Positions 17,826 to 27,947 of a stretch of DNA of 37,752 nt are shown one piece after another. Position 1 is the stretch's first letter. Each line of letters opens with the position of its first letter. The DNA is from a virus. Lineage: Duplodnaviria; Caudoviricetes. The translations under genes and the position numbers were made by a program. The DNA lies in the IMG/VR virus record IMGVR_UViG_3300044846_003459, positions 1 to 37,752 of that record. The stretch is one strand, 5' to 3'. The notes under the pieces were generated by a model. That model did no database searches. It was not told the DNA's origin and worked only from the letters and a program-made list of their open reading frames with translations.

Positions 17826-19658
17826 TTAGGACAGGTCGCTGACTCGGACGGTAGCCACCTGGCAGGTGCCGAGGGTGTCCCCGACCGCAGCACTGATGGT
17901 CACCGTAAAGGTGTCCGCAGTCCCGGAGACGGCTTCCGCGAAGGTCGCAAGGACCGGAACGGTGATGTTCTTCGGAGCGTCGTCCCCGGCTTCCCAGGTG
18001 AGCGTCCCCGAAGTTGCGGTGTAGTCCGCCCCAGCGGTGGCAGTGCCGTTTGCAGTGGCGTAGGCCACGGAAGCCGCCGCGCTGGTGTCGCCGGTGCGGG
18101 TGACCCGCAGGACGATGTTGTAGGCGTCACCGAGGAACACCGAGTCGATGTTGCCGCAGGGCTCCAGATTGAGGACTGCGGAGGTCGAGCTAGGCTCGAC
18201 GCACTCGCCCTCATCGCCGGGAACCTTGCCGCACTGGGCGCACTCGGCGGTCTGGCAACCGGTGTCGTCGTGGCAAGCGTCGAAACGCTCTGGGTTGGCC
18301 GGAGTGTTCGGACCCGCAGCGTAGTTGCGAGGAGCGACTTCAATGGCGTAGCCTGCGCGGCGACCGTGACGGTAGGCGATGAAGCCGGAGAACTCCGGGT
18401 AGATCGACTTGAACCGGAACTCGTGACGAGCGACGAGCTTGAACTTGTCGTTGAAGTCGTTGCAACCGAGGTGAGCGCCGTCGATGACCTTGACCTGGTA
18501 GTTCACGCCTTCGTTGGCAGTGCCTACCGGCTTGAGCGGCTTCATCAAGCCGTAACGCTTGAAGGAGCGCGGGTCGATGTGCGGCATGAGGGTGCACATG
18601 TCGTAGCTCACGCCATCAACGGTGATCTCGTCCTGACGATACTGGTGGTTCACACCGGTCACGATGCCACCTTCCTCGTCCTGCTTGTTGATCCAGGGGT
18701 AGACCCGGACGAAGTTGTAGACGGGGTTGCCGGACGCGATGGCGGTCTGCACGAAGTAGCCGCGGATCGGCTCATCGGTGAAGTAGCAGCGGATACCACC
18801 GTAATCGGCGAACTGGCGTCCGCGCATGGCACTCTCTTCGTCCTTGAAGACCTCGGTGTTGTAGGTGGTGTCGGCAGGGTTGCGGGCGATCTGGTCGGCT
18901 TTGACCGCGTCCAACCAGTCATCCGTCGGCATTTCGACTTCGAGCTTCCAAGCCTCGTTGACTTCCATGCCGCGGCCCTTCATTTCGGCCTTGATGTGGT
19001 CCTTGTAGTCCTGGAGGAAGTGGATCGAGATGCGCTTGGTTGGAGGAGCTTGCCAGCCACCGGTGGTGACGTTGAACTGGTTGGCACCGAGCACCGAGGC
19101 GTTCGACTCCGACTTCTGGATGACGAGGTTCAGCAGGTTGTCGCTGAAGTTGTCCAAGCCCCACATGGAGAACTGGTTCTTAAACCCAGTGAAGAAACCA
19201 GTGATGTGCTCCTTGCCGAGGCCGTCGAGTTCGCGGGCGCACTTGATCGGGGTGGTGAGATCGAGGCCGTAGTCAACCGTGCCGCGGCGGCGGAAGCCCT
19301 GGGCGAAGTCGATCTCGCACTGCCCGTGGCAGGCGTTGTCGGCGATGTCGTTGATCTGGGCGCTGAAGAGACCGGACGCGCCGTTCTCCTTGCGACCACG
19401 CATCTCACCGGCGACCAAGGACCCACGAGGGCTCCCCTGCGCCGTGTAAGTAAGTTCGTTGTATGCACGGGAAGCCTGGCGGGCCTCACCGTAGATGATG
19501 GTGTCGTTGTTGTCGTGGCGATCGACGACCCCACCGTCGGGGATCATGCGGAGGGCCATGCGATCGGATTTCACGATCTTTTCACGGACGATGTCCGTCA
19601 CGATGTCGGCCTCTTCGTGGAGGGCGGCTTTGATTTTGTCAGGATTGCAGGTGCTCAT
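17826..19658 (-). CDS. Major capsid protein with C-terminal Calx-beta domain, 610 aa
   Basis: Follows the scaffold gene, has strongly biased codons and is followed by a terminator. The C-terminus VTRTGDTSAAASVAYATANGTATAGADY...GTLTWEAGD..KNITVPV matches Calx-beta. Confidence 0.75.
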   Translation of the reverse strand: MSTCNPDKIKAALHEEADIVTDIVREKIVKSDRMALRMIPDGGVVDRHDNNDTIIYGEARQASRAYNELTYTAQGSPRGSLVAGEMRGRKENGASGLFSAQINDIADNACHGQCEIDFAQGFRRRGTVDYGLDLTTPIKCARELDGLGKEHITGFFTGFKNQFSMWGLDNFSDNLLNLVIQKSESNASVLGANQFNVTTGGWQAPPTKRISIHFLQDYKDHIKAEMKGRGMEVNEAWKLEVEMPTDDWLDAVKADQIARNPADTTYNTEVFKDEESAMRGRQFADYGGIRCYFTDEPIRGYFVQTAIASGNPVYNFVRVYPWINKQDEEGGIVTGVNHQYRQDEITVDGVSYDMCTLMPHIDPRSFKRYGLMKPLKPVGTANEGVNYQVKVIDGAHLGCNDFNDKFKLVARHEFRFKSIYPEFSGFIAYRHGRRAGYAIEVAPRNYAAGPNTPANPERFDACHDDTGCQTAECAQCGKVPGDEGECVEPSSTSAVLNLEPCGNIDSVFLGDAYNIVLRVTRTGDTSAAASVAYATANGTATAGADYTATSGTLTWEAGDDAPKNITVPVLATFAEAVSGTADTFTVTISAAVGDTLGTCQVATVRVSDLS

Positions 19659-19868
19659 AGAGGTGTGTTGCTGATGCTGGAACGAAGGACACGAATGTCC
19701 GGCTTCCCCAAACGATCAGCGAGCCACCAAAGATCCACTCTGCTTGGTCCTGCAATGGCGGGGCACCACGTCCGCCGGTAGGTTGCTGCAAGAATTGAGA
19801 GCTGCGGGTTGGGAAACCCGCTAGGCTGCGAAGATGCAGCCACAAAGCGGGTTTCCCGTCAAGCCCGT
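19659..19868 (-). ncRNA. Structured 5' leader of capsid gene (candidate cis-regulatory RNA)
   Basis: 210-nt intergenic region with long stems at 19811-19857 and 19670-19720 (capped by UUCG) plus internal stems. Confidence 0.4.
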
Positions 19869-21188
19869 TTACAGCTCGTCGTATTTGTCGCCGAACAGCT
19901 CGGTGAGAACCGAGTTCCGGCGAGCGCCCGCTGCGGCAGGTTTTTTGTCGGAAGGGGGAGTCGGCTTGGAAGACCGGACCCGGCGCATGGCATCAAACTC
20001 GTCCTCGTCGGCCTTGTTCTCCTGCTCGTATTTCGCCAGTTTCTTGACGACATCAGCAAAGACCGCCCGAGTTGCCAGCCCTTGAACCATCAGGGGGAGT
20101 AGCTTTCTGCGCTTTTCCGCCACGAGCTTCTGGCGATCGGCGTAGAAAGTCTTCAGATCGGTGCCGTTGGCCTTGAGCTTGTCGGCTTCTTCCGGCGTCA
20201 GCGCCCTGGGGCCGAGGATGACCTCCAGCACGTCGGCCTTGGCTTTCTCCACCCGGCGGCGGGCTTCCGGCGTCTCCTTGACCATGCGGGCCACGACCGA
20301 TGAAACGCTGTGCGGGTCGGCGGCGATCACGTCGTCCGGGAGGTCCCCGATGGCATCGAGAACCGGCTGGAACTCGGCCACTGCCGCCTGATATTCGCGG
20401 GTGCCGACGGCGAGCTGTCCGGTTTTCGATCGGGACTTGAGCCCCTCGGCCAGCTCGATCGCCTTGCGGGTTTCCGGGACGGCTCGCTCGATGACCGCCA
20501 GCGCCTTGTCGGCAATCATGTCGGCTTTCGCCTGCTCGGTGTAGTCGAGATCCTCGTATTCGTCCTCGAAACCGCCGACTTCCTTGATGATCTGCTTGCG
20601 GAGTCCCGCGATGGCAGCGTCAAACTCCTCCCCTTCGAGCGGGTCGGCGTCCATGAAGCTGTTGATGTAGACCCCGAAATTGTCACGGAAAACCTTCGGA
20701 TCGCGGACGCCGAGCATTGCCGCTCCGCGCTTCACGTCGTTGAGGACCTTGTCGCGCAGCGTCTTGACCTCCGGGAAGTCCCTGGGATCGACCTGCACCG
20801 ACTCGATCTCTTCGCGGCGGGCCTTCTCGGTCTCCAGATCAGCCTTAAGCCGGTCAAGCTCCAGCTCGTATTCGGTGACCTTGGCCTCGGCCAGCTTGGC
20901 ACGGCGACCATTCTCCTTGGCCATCTTGCGGGCGACGGTCTCGTTCTCGGGTTCCAGCTCGGCATCGGCTTCCGCAGGCTTCTTGACCACCGGGGCCTCG
21001 TAGTCCTCCTCAGAGTCGTCATCTTGGACCGGGGGGTCCTGCACCGGCGGCGGGGCGTCGTCACCCGGCTCGTCCTGCACCGGCGGCGGCGGCGGGGCGT
21101 CGTCACCCGGCTCGTCGCCGAACAGGGCGCTCATGTTCTTCTCGTGTCGGGCTTCGTGCCCAGGTTCGATATTTTCGATGGGTGGCAT
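19869..21188 (-). CDS. Capsid scaffolding protein
   Basis: Acidic Pro-rich N-terminus with repeated DEPGDDAPPP(PP)VQ, coiled coil, located between portal and capsid genes. Confidence 0.7.
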   Translation of the reverse strand: MPPIENIEPGHEARHEKNMSALFGDEPGDDAPPPPPVQDEPGDDAPPPVQDPPVQDDDSEEDYEAPVVKKPAEADAELEPENETVARKMAKENGRRAKLAEAKVTEYELELDRLKADLETEKARREEIESVQVDPRDFPEVKTLRDKVLNDVKRGAAMLGVRDPKVFRDNFGVYINSFMDADPLEGEEFDAAIAGLRKQIIKEVGGFEDEYEDLDYTEQAKADMIADKALAVIERAVPETRKAIELAEGLKSRSKTGQLAVGTREYQAAVAEFQPVLDAIGDLPDDVIAADPHSVSSVVARMVKETPEARRRVEKAKADVLEVILGPRALTPEEADKLKANGTDLKTFYADRQKLVAEKRRKLLPLMVQGLATRAVFADVVKKLAKYEQENKADEDEFDAMRRVRSSKPTPPSDKKPAAAGARRNSVLTELFGDKYDEL

Positions 21189-21189
21189 T

Positions 21190-21471
21190 TTAGGTGGTGG
21201 TTGGAGGCTTGGCAGACTGCTCGGTCTTCATCACGGCGCGGCCTTTGGTCGTGAAGAGGAAAAAGGCGTCTCGGACGAGCTGAAGCGCCAAGAGCGTTGG
21301 GCCGCAGTTGTCGCGGTTCTCGGGCGTGACGTGATCCAACTGGATCTGCGCCAAAACCAAGTCGATCTCCGGGGCGACGGCGTCGAGCTTCTTGCAAAGG
21401 CTCGCATCGCCAACGAGTTGTGAAACCCCTGCGGTGATGGGGAGTGCCGGTCGGCGTGTTAATTGCATCAT
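21190..21471 (-). CDS. Hypothetical protein, 93 aa
   Basis: ATGA-coupled to the portal gene and abuts the scaffold start. Confidence 0.6.
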   Translation of the reverse strand: MMQLTRRPALPITAGVSQLVGDASLCKKLDAVAPEIDLVLAQIQLDHVTPENRDNCGPTLLALQLVRDAFFLFTTKGRAVMKTEQSAKPPTTT

Positions 21472-23759
21472 TGTTGCGCTGATTGTCCAGAGACAGCCTG
21501 CGTTTCGATCCGCTTATTGTCAAGCTGGAGCCTCTGAGACTCCCCGACCTCGCGGGCATACTGGCTGCGCTGCGACAACTTGTTCCGCGCCTCGCGGCTC
21601 GCCCAGAGTCGCTGGGTGTCCTCGATCTTGAGGCCCAGGGCCTGCGCCTTGAGCTGAAGCTCCGCGGTCTTCAGCTCGACCTCGGCCTGCTCGCGGGCGG
21701 TGAGCTGCCCCTGCTCGGAGCCTAGCCGCTCCTCGACCTCCTGCACAACCGCCTGCGCGGACGCGACGATGTTCTGGTAGTCCTGCAAGAACGATTTGGC
21801 CTCCGGGTTGGTCAGCGGGTTACCCATGAGAACTTGGAGGTGCTCGCCGGTGTGCTCGGCGAGACCGGCGAACTGGAGCACGTCCAGTTTGTCCCACGGC
21901 CGCATCTGAGCCATCGCGACCATCGCCTGCATGTCGATGAGGTGGACCGGGATGTGATCCTGGTGGATGTCGTCGGGAGCGATTGGAATCGTCTGCCCCA
22001 GCGCGGCCCGCCGCTCGATCGTGGAATACTCGTTCTCGGCGGTGATCTTCTGGGCGTTGAGGATCGCCTGTGGCACCTTGACCAGATACTCGGCCAAGTC
22101 CGGGTCCTGCGTCCGCAGCGAGGTGGCCTGCTGCACCACCAACGGGCGGGTCGCCGGAGCGTAGTTCATGATGTTGTTCATGAGCCAGTCCGCCGTCTCG
22201 ACCCGCTGCTGCACGTCGCCGTTGCCGATCACCCGCTTGGCCCGGACCCGGATGTATTGGAACCGGTTGTGTACCCGTTTCGCGAGATCCTTGTAGGGGA
22301 TGTCGTAGCGATCGAGGTAGGCGCGGACCCACATCGTCTCGTGGTAGCCCTCGGTGCCGGGTTTCGTGTCGCCCGCGAGCAGACGCCAAACGAGCGTTTC
22401 AAGAATGGATTCGAGGTGGTTGTAGCTTTCGGCGAGCCGGTTGCCGATGAGCTGCGCGGAGTTCTCCTGCCGCTCAAGCGCCTGCTGCCGCAGCTCTCCA
22501 CCGCGACCTGAGTTCGAGACCGACGAGGACGCGAGGCCAGCGGCGTTCTGCCGGAGCAGCGAGAACGGGGTCATGAGACCCTGGGAGTTCCCCTTGAACT
22601 CCATCTCGGACACGCCTGCCGGGGCATACATGTCCTCGACGATGTTCCAGCGGGCCACGTCATCCGGGTTCGCATCCCCGAGCTGGATCTTCGGTTTGGC
22701 CCGGATCTTGTCGCCTTCGAGGGTGAGATTGATGAGATCCTCCAGTTCCAAGGCCGACGGGTAGATCAACTCCGCGATGCCGCGGCAGGTGTCGAGGGTT
22801 TTGACGCCGCCGATCTCGGAGTCCACGAAGACCATGTGGAGCCAGTCGGTCGCGCTCGGGTAGGCTTTCTCGACGTAGTCGATGATCTGTGCCGACGCCC
22901 TGCGCTTGTTGTCCTCGCGGTCACCTCGCTCGGTGGTCGCGGTGCCATCGATGCCATCGGTGAAGAGGGTCCGACTGACATACTGGTTCCCCTTGTCGTC
23001 GTATTTGACCTCGAAGTAGTCCCAAGCGGAGACCGTCGTGGACCGTTCGGACTTGCCATCGCGGACGGCCTCGGTGACCTCGAACCCGTGGGAGCTTCCC
23101 TGATCCTTGCGGTTGTCGCGGACCTGCTCCTCCAAAATCTCGATGAGGTGCTCGACGTTCTCCCGGACGATGTAGCGGCTCTGGCCCTCACCGATCGCCG
23201 CAAGCATGTGCTTCAGATCGTGAATCGAAAGCTCCTTCGGGTCAAAGGCGTAGGAGACCTGCTCGGCGTCGAGCGGGGTTGCCTTTGGGAAAAACATGTC
23301 GGCGCGGATCTCCGGCAGCCAGCCGTAGCGGGGGTTGTTGGTCACCGGCGTTCCCCCGGCGATTGTAACCTCCCCGCCGATCTTCCGCCAGAGGTTCGCG
23401 AACTTCCCCTTGAAGTGGATGGCACCGCGGTTGATCGCCTCCGAGATGCGGATGCTGGTCTGGTAGTCCTTCTCGGCGTTGTCGGTGTCCACGATGACCT
23501 CGACGAGAGCATTGGTCGTGGTCACCATCGATGTGATCTGCGACTCAATCTGGAGCATGTCGCGGTGGGACAAACCGAAGTTGGTGATCTCCGTGCGGCC
23601 GAGTTTTTCGGCCTCATCGTCGGTCATCAGCCGCTGCATGTTCGTGAACTTGCGGATGATGTCGAGCCGATCGCGCCGGGTCTTCACGCCATCCCATGCA
23701 TCGTCCTTGGCGCGGACCAGATCGTCCGCCGTCTCGAAGTATTCAGATTTGAATTTCAT
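21468..23759 (-). CDS. Portal protein
   Basis: 763 aa, located after terminase and before scaffold. RGIAELIYP motif and a Gln-rich coiled-coil C-terminal barrel fit P22-like portals. Confidence 0.8.
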   Translation of the reverse strand: MKFKSEYFETADDLVRAKDDAWDGVKTRRDRLDIIRKFTNMQRLMTDDEAEKLGRTEITNFGLSHRDMLQIESQITSMVTTTNALVEVIVDTDNAEKDYQTSIRISEAINRGAIHFKGKFANLWRKIGGEVTIAGGTPVTNNPRYGWLPEIRADMFFPKATPLDAEQVSYAFDPKELSIHDLKHMLAAIGEGQSRYIVRENVEHLIEILEEQVRDNRKDQGSSHGFEVTEAVRDGKSERSTTVSAWDYFEVKYDDKGNQYVSRTLFTDGIDGTATTERGDREDNKRRASAQIIDYVEKAYPSATDWLHMVFVDSEIGGVKTLDTCRGIAELIYPSALELEDLINLTLEGDKIRAKPKIQLGDANPDDVARWNIVEDMYAPAGVSEMEFKGNSQGLMTPFSLLRQNAAGLASSSVSNSGRGGELRQQALERQENSAQLIGNRLAESYNHLESILETLVWRLLAGDTKPGTEGYHETMWVRAYLDRYDIPYKDLAKRVHNRFQYIRVRAKRVIGNGDVQQRVETADWLMNNIMNYAPATRPLVVQQATSLRTQDPDLAEYLVKVPQAILNAQKITAENEYSTIERRAALGQTIPIAPDDIHQDHIPVHLIDMQAMVAMAQMRPWDKLDVLQFAGLAEHTGEHLQVLMGNPLTNPEAKSFLQDYQNIVASAQAVVQEVEERLGSEQGQLTAREQAEVELKTAELQLKAQALGLKIEDTQRLWASREARNKLSQRSQYAREVGESQRLQLDNKRIETQAVSGQSAQQ

Positions 23760-24490
23760 GTCCAGTGGTTCGCGGTGGCAGCTTGTTCAAAGGTCAGTTC
23801 CGGCACGCCCTTCCGGGTGTTCGCCCCATTCATCACTCGCCAGAGCCAGTCTCGGGCTTCCGCCTGGGTGTAGCGGGGGCGGTTGCGGAGATCGGCGATC
23901 GCGGCCCCGAAGTGGATGAAGCACTCCGCGCAGCCGGTCGAGGGGTTGAGATTCGGGTCGAGCCACTTCCGCAGCTCGGTGGCCAGCATCAGCAAGGTGC
24001 CGAACTCGTAGGTGTCCAGCGCCAGATACATCTGGAGCATCCCCCAACCCTTGCGCCCCCAGACGGCGGGGCCGACCTGCGGGCGGGCGCGGGTGGGCGC
24101 GTGCTCGGGTGGAACGGCGGAGCCGGATGCGGCGGTCATCAGATCGCTCAGGCGCACCACCTGATACTTCTCGGTGGCCCTGCCGAGCCACTGGATGTTC
24201 AGGTTGAGCCACAGGTCCAAGTCCGAGAACACCAGTCCGTTGAGCTGAAGCAGTCGAGCCGCTTCGTCGTGGACCGCTTGCCCGCTCGGGCCGTCGGCCT
24301 CGATGTGCTGTCCATTGACCAGCAGCGAGACCCGCCAGCCGCCGGTGGGCTTACGCCCCGAAGGGACGAGCGTTTTGCTGATCTGGTAGCGCACGCCATC
24401 GCGCCCGACGACGCTCGCCGCGGTCGCGCTGTAGACCATCGCGGCTGCTGGAGCCGCTGTCGCAGATTTGTTGCAGGTGTCGCAAGCCAT
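23756..24490 (-). CDS. Erv1/Alr-like sulfhydryl oxidase domain protein with N-terminal CxxC
   Basis: PAVWGRKGWGMLQ ... GCAECFIHF ... WLWRVMNGANTRKGVP aligns by eye to the Erv consensus P..WG...W..LH / CxxC..HF / W....HN.VN..L.K. The N-terminus is MACDTC. Confidence 0.65.
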   Translation of the reverse strand: MACDTCNKSATAAPAAAMVYSATAASVVGRDGVRYQISKTLVPSGRKPTGGWRVSLLVNGQHIEADGPSGQAVHDEAARLLQLNGLVFSDLDLWLNLNIQWLGRATEKYQVVRLSDLMTAASGSAVPPEHAPTRARPQVGPAVWGRKGWGMLQMYLALDTYEFGTLLMLATELRKWLDPNLNPSTGCAECFIHFGAAIADLRNRPRYTQAEARDWLWRVMNGANTRKGVPELTFEQAATANHWT

Positions 24491-24491
24491 G

Positions 24492-26542
24492 TCAGACGCG
24501 CTTCACTATCCTTTTTTTGCCCAGACCGCGAGACGTAATTTCGTCCCACACGCTCCGACCCCCGTTGGCCGACTTCTGGCCGACGACGCTCTGCCGGAAG
24601 CCGCGCTTGAGCGCAACACCGGTCAGCCCCATGAGAACGTCCCGGTGGTCCGGCGAGACCTGCTGCCAGCGGGCTTTGTATTCCCGCTTGCCCTCCGCGA
24701 CATACTTGCGATTGACCGTCTGGTAGAGGGTCCGGGAGAGCTGCGTGGTAGCCGTCTCGATGAAGCTGCCGCCGCGGACCTGCCGGGTGAGGAACAGATC
24801 GGCGGCGAGGAACGCCAGCTCGGTGCAGCGGTTCTTGCAGCAGTCGTCGGAGGTCTTCTTGATGTTCTGGATCATGTGCCCCTCCGGCCCCTGGTTGTAG
24901 TCGAAGGCGAGGCAGTTGAACCCCATGATCTTGTTGATCGAGCTGACAATGTCCGGCCGCATCGAGAAGTCGTAGCCGAAGTTGGCGAACGGGATATTGT
25001 TGGCGAGGCACAGCTCCCGGCACTGGATGGCGATCTGGTCCTCGTAGCTGATCTCCGCGCCAGCGGTGTAGTCCGAGATGTCCATCCCGCAGGCTTTCAT
25101 CCGATCCGGCCAATAGTTGTCGTCCCCAGGAAACCACGCCCCTTTGACCAGCTTCAGGGACCGGAAGTGCTCCTTGAACACGAAAAGCTCCTGAAGCTCC
25201 TGCTTGCCCTCGCCGTCGGTGACGTAGGCTTGCCCGATCTCGGCCCAGCCAAAGACCGCCTTGTCCCGGCCGCCGAACGCCGGGTCGCAGAATGCCACGC
25301 GACCGGTGACCCGGACCATGCTGAAAAACGTGTCCTTGTGCCGGGAGGCACTCAGCTTGGCGCGGGACAGCACGGAGTTCGTTTCGTCGCCGCGGACGGG
25401 GAACGATCGGACCTGCGAGTAGTAGTCCGGCGACTGCACGCCGTAGTCGTCGCGCATCCGCTGAAGGTTCTCCATTTTGAAGAGCTTCGGGTAGATGGTC
25501 CGGTTGGCCAGCACGTTCGGGCTGCGGTGGCCGTCAAAACGCAGCGTGATCGAGGATTTCGAGCTGTGCCACCACACGTCAAACTCGATGTCGAGGTCGT
25601 CGAACGATGACGGGCCGCCGAACAGCCCGACCGGCTGGGTGAGTCGCCCGCCCATGTCCTCCTCGTCCTTGAAGTTCTGTGAGGTGATGGCGAAGAACTG
25701 GTCCTGCGAGACCAGGTTGTTGAGCATGGTCTCAAACGAAGGGTTCTCGATTTCGTTGACCTCGTCCACGAGCAGGAGCATGACCCCACGGGTCACGTCC
25801 TTGCCGCGCCCCTTGGACCCCTTGAACTTGCCGACGTGCTTGACGTTTCGCAGGACAATCGTCCCGGCTTTCGGGAGACCCGGCACGAGGTCAAGCTGCC
25901 GGTTGGCGTATTTCTTCCCCCAGGGGAACAGCCACGTCGCGTCCTCGTAGCCCTTGCCGGTGTCGTTGGGATGGTGCTCGCAGAGCTGATCCCACAGCTC
26001 CTCCACGTCGCCCCAGACCGTCGAGTCGGCGGCGTTGTCGAACGGGTTGGCGACGAAGACCGCCGAGTATTCGGGGTCGATGATCATGATCGCAAACGCG
26101 ATGCGGATCGCGCCTGCCGACTTCCCCGAGTTCTGGCTCCCGATCAGGTGCTCCAGCTTCTTGTTCCCGCCGCCGATGCCCATGCAGAACAGCATGACCG
26201 CATCGGCCAAGGACGGCGTGATGTCGGTGTCCGGGAAAGACAGCTTGATGAGCGAGAGCATGTGCCGGAAGTAGGGCTTCCCCCACTTGCTCGACCCACC
26301 CCAGTTCGGACGCTTGGCGTCGAACAGGATCTTCTTCTCGATGCCGATTCGGTGCTTCGCCAGCTCCTGCGGCGTTGCATCGAGCGGCTCCGGCCCGCCG
26401 TATTCCGGCTCGTCGTAGTAGTCGTGGAAATCCAGCAGACGCATCGTGATGGCGTCCGCGTCCAACAAAGGGTCGGACCAGTTCAAAAGGTCGTGGTTGA
26501 GCACGACCTCGGCGAACGGGTCCGACCTTGGAGCTGTTTCAA

Positions 26543-26546
<4 letters not shown>
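24492..26546 (-). CDS. terL: Terminase large subunit
   Basis: Walker A GSQNSGKS, Walker B LLVDE, RNase H-like nuclease AFCDPAFGGRD, C-terminal SPDHRD. Confidence 0.9.
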
Positions 26547-27040
<494 letters not shown>

Positions 27041-27057
27041 GGTGTGGTTTGAGGTTT

Positions 27058-27146
27058 GCTGGCTCCGGGTTGCAATTCAACCATGGGACGGCGCACCCGA
27101 CCCTGTCAGGCTTTACTACCTGCCCTGTAACTCCCCCGGAGCCAGC
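27058..27146 (-). other. Structured intergenic element closed by a 12-bp stem
   Basis: GCTGGCTCCGGG (27058-27069) pairs with CCCGGAGCCAGC (27135-27146) and encloses smaller hairpins. Confidence 0.45.
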
Positions 27147-27161
27147 GCAAGCACTCTGCCT

Positions 27162-27704
27162 TCAGAGAATCGGTCCTTCAAGGAGGATATACGGGAATGT
27201 CTTTTGCCCCGCCGCCTTCAGCTCCTTGGCCAGCAGCGCATGGAAGGCAGCCCACTGCGCAGGCGGCACCGTCTGGCACCCTCCGCTTGACGTGGTGGTC
27301 CGGCCGCCGCGGTGGATGTTGATCGCAATCCCCGGTTTCGGGTCGAGGATGCCATCGCGAGAGACCGGGAGTGCTTCGCCCTTCGTGGCGGGCCGGAACG
27401 CCGGGTAGCCGCCGCCGGGGCGGGAGATGCCGTGGTTGCCGGGGCGGTAGAGGTGGACGCCGGGGACAAGAGTTGCGATACCTTTGCGCCAGGCGCTCGG
27501 GTCGGTGTTGAAATTGAACGCAGCGAAGGTCTCCGGCCCGACAACGAACGCCGCGTCGTCATACAGATTCCGATCATTCACACCGGACTTGCCCATCGTG
27601 TCGCGGTAGTAGCCACGGACACCGACGAGGTAGACGGCCGGAAGCTCCTTCGCGGTTTTCTTCGCAAGGCGTTCGATCAGGGTGCGTGATGCGCGTGGGG
27701 TCAT
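27162..27704 (-). CDS. Putative endolysin, L,D-transpeptidase (YkuD)-like cysteine peptidase
   Basis: INIHRGG...SSGGCQT matches the HxG-x(n)-SxGC catalytic motif. Near the holin-like genes. Confidence 0.65.
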   Translation of the reverse strand: MTPRASRTLIERLAKKTAKELPAVYLVGVRGYYRDTMGKSGVNDRNLYDDAAFVVGPETFAAFNFNTDPSAWRKGIATLVPGVHLYRPGNHGISRPGGGYPAFRPATKGEALPVSRDGILDPKPGIAINIHRGGRTTTSSGGCQTVPPAQWAAFHALLAKELKAAGQKTFPYILLEGPIL

Positions 27705-27713
27705 GGTGAGTGG

Positions 27714-27947
27714 CTATTTTCGGAAACCTCTGACTTTTTCTGCAACCTTTTTGGGCTGCTTCACGAACTGCTTGCCCTTTTTGTTTCCAGCGGCTTTGGC
27801 GCGGTTCGTCGCGGCTTTCTCCCCTGGGGATAGGGCAGCCCACGCGGCATCCGGGAGGTAGCGTTTCTTGCCCTTGGATGGCTTGCCGTCACTGGTTCGC
27901 CACTTCTGATCCGACCACTTCTTCAGGGACGCCTGCGGGGGTTTCAT
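27714..27947 (-). CDS. Small basic protein (DUF5872-like, C-terminal part)
   Basis: SLKKWSDQKWRT...RYLPDAAW...KQFVKQP, Lys-rich. Confidence 0.6.
   Translation of the reverse strand: MKPPQASLKKWSDQKWRTSDGKPSKGKKRYLPDAAWAALSPGEKAATNRAKAAGNKKGKQFVKQPKKVAEKVRGFRK

Noticed and set aside
17655-19781. 708-aa plus-strand ORF and the many other long plus-strand ORFs
   Set aside because: They are antisense shadows of high-GC3 minus-strand genes, with V/L/D/R-rich composition and no motifs.
19830-19861. TTGACG upstream of the capsid leader as a fourth copy of the promoter motif
   Set aside because: There is no matching -10 (KATTAT) at 16-18 nt spacing.
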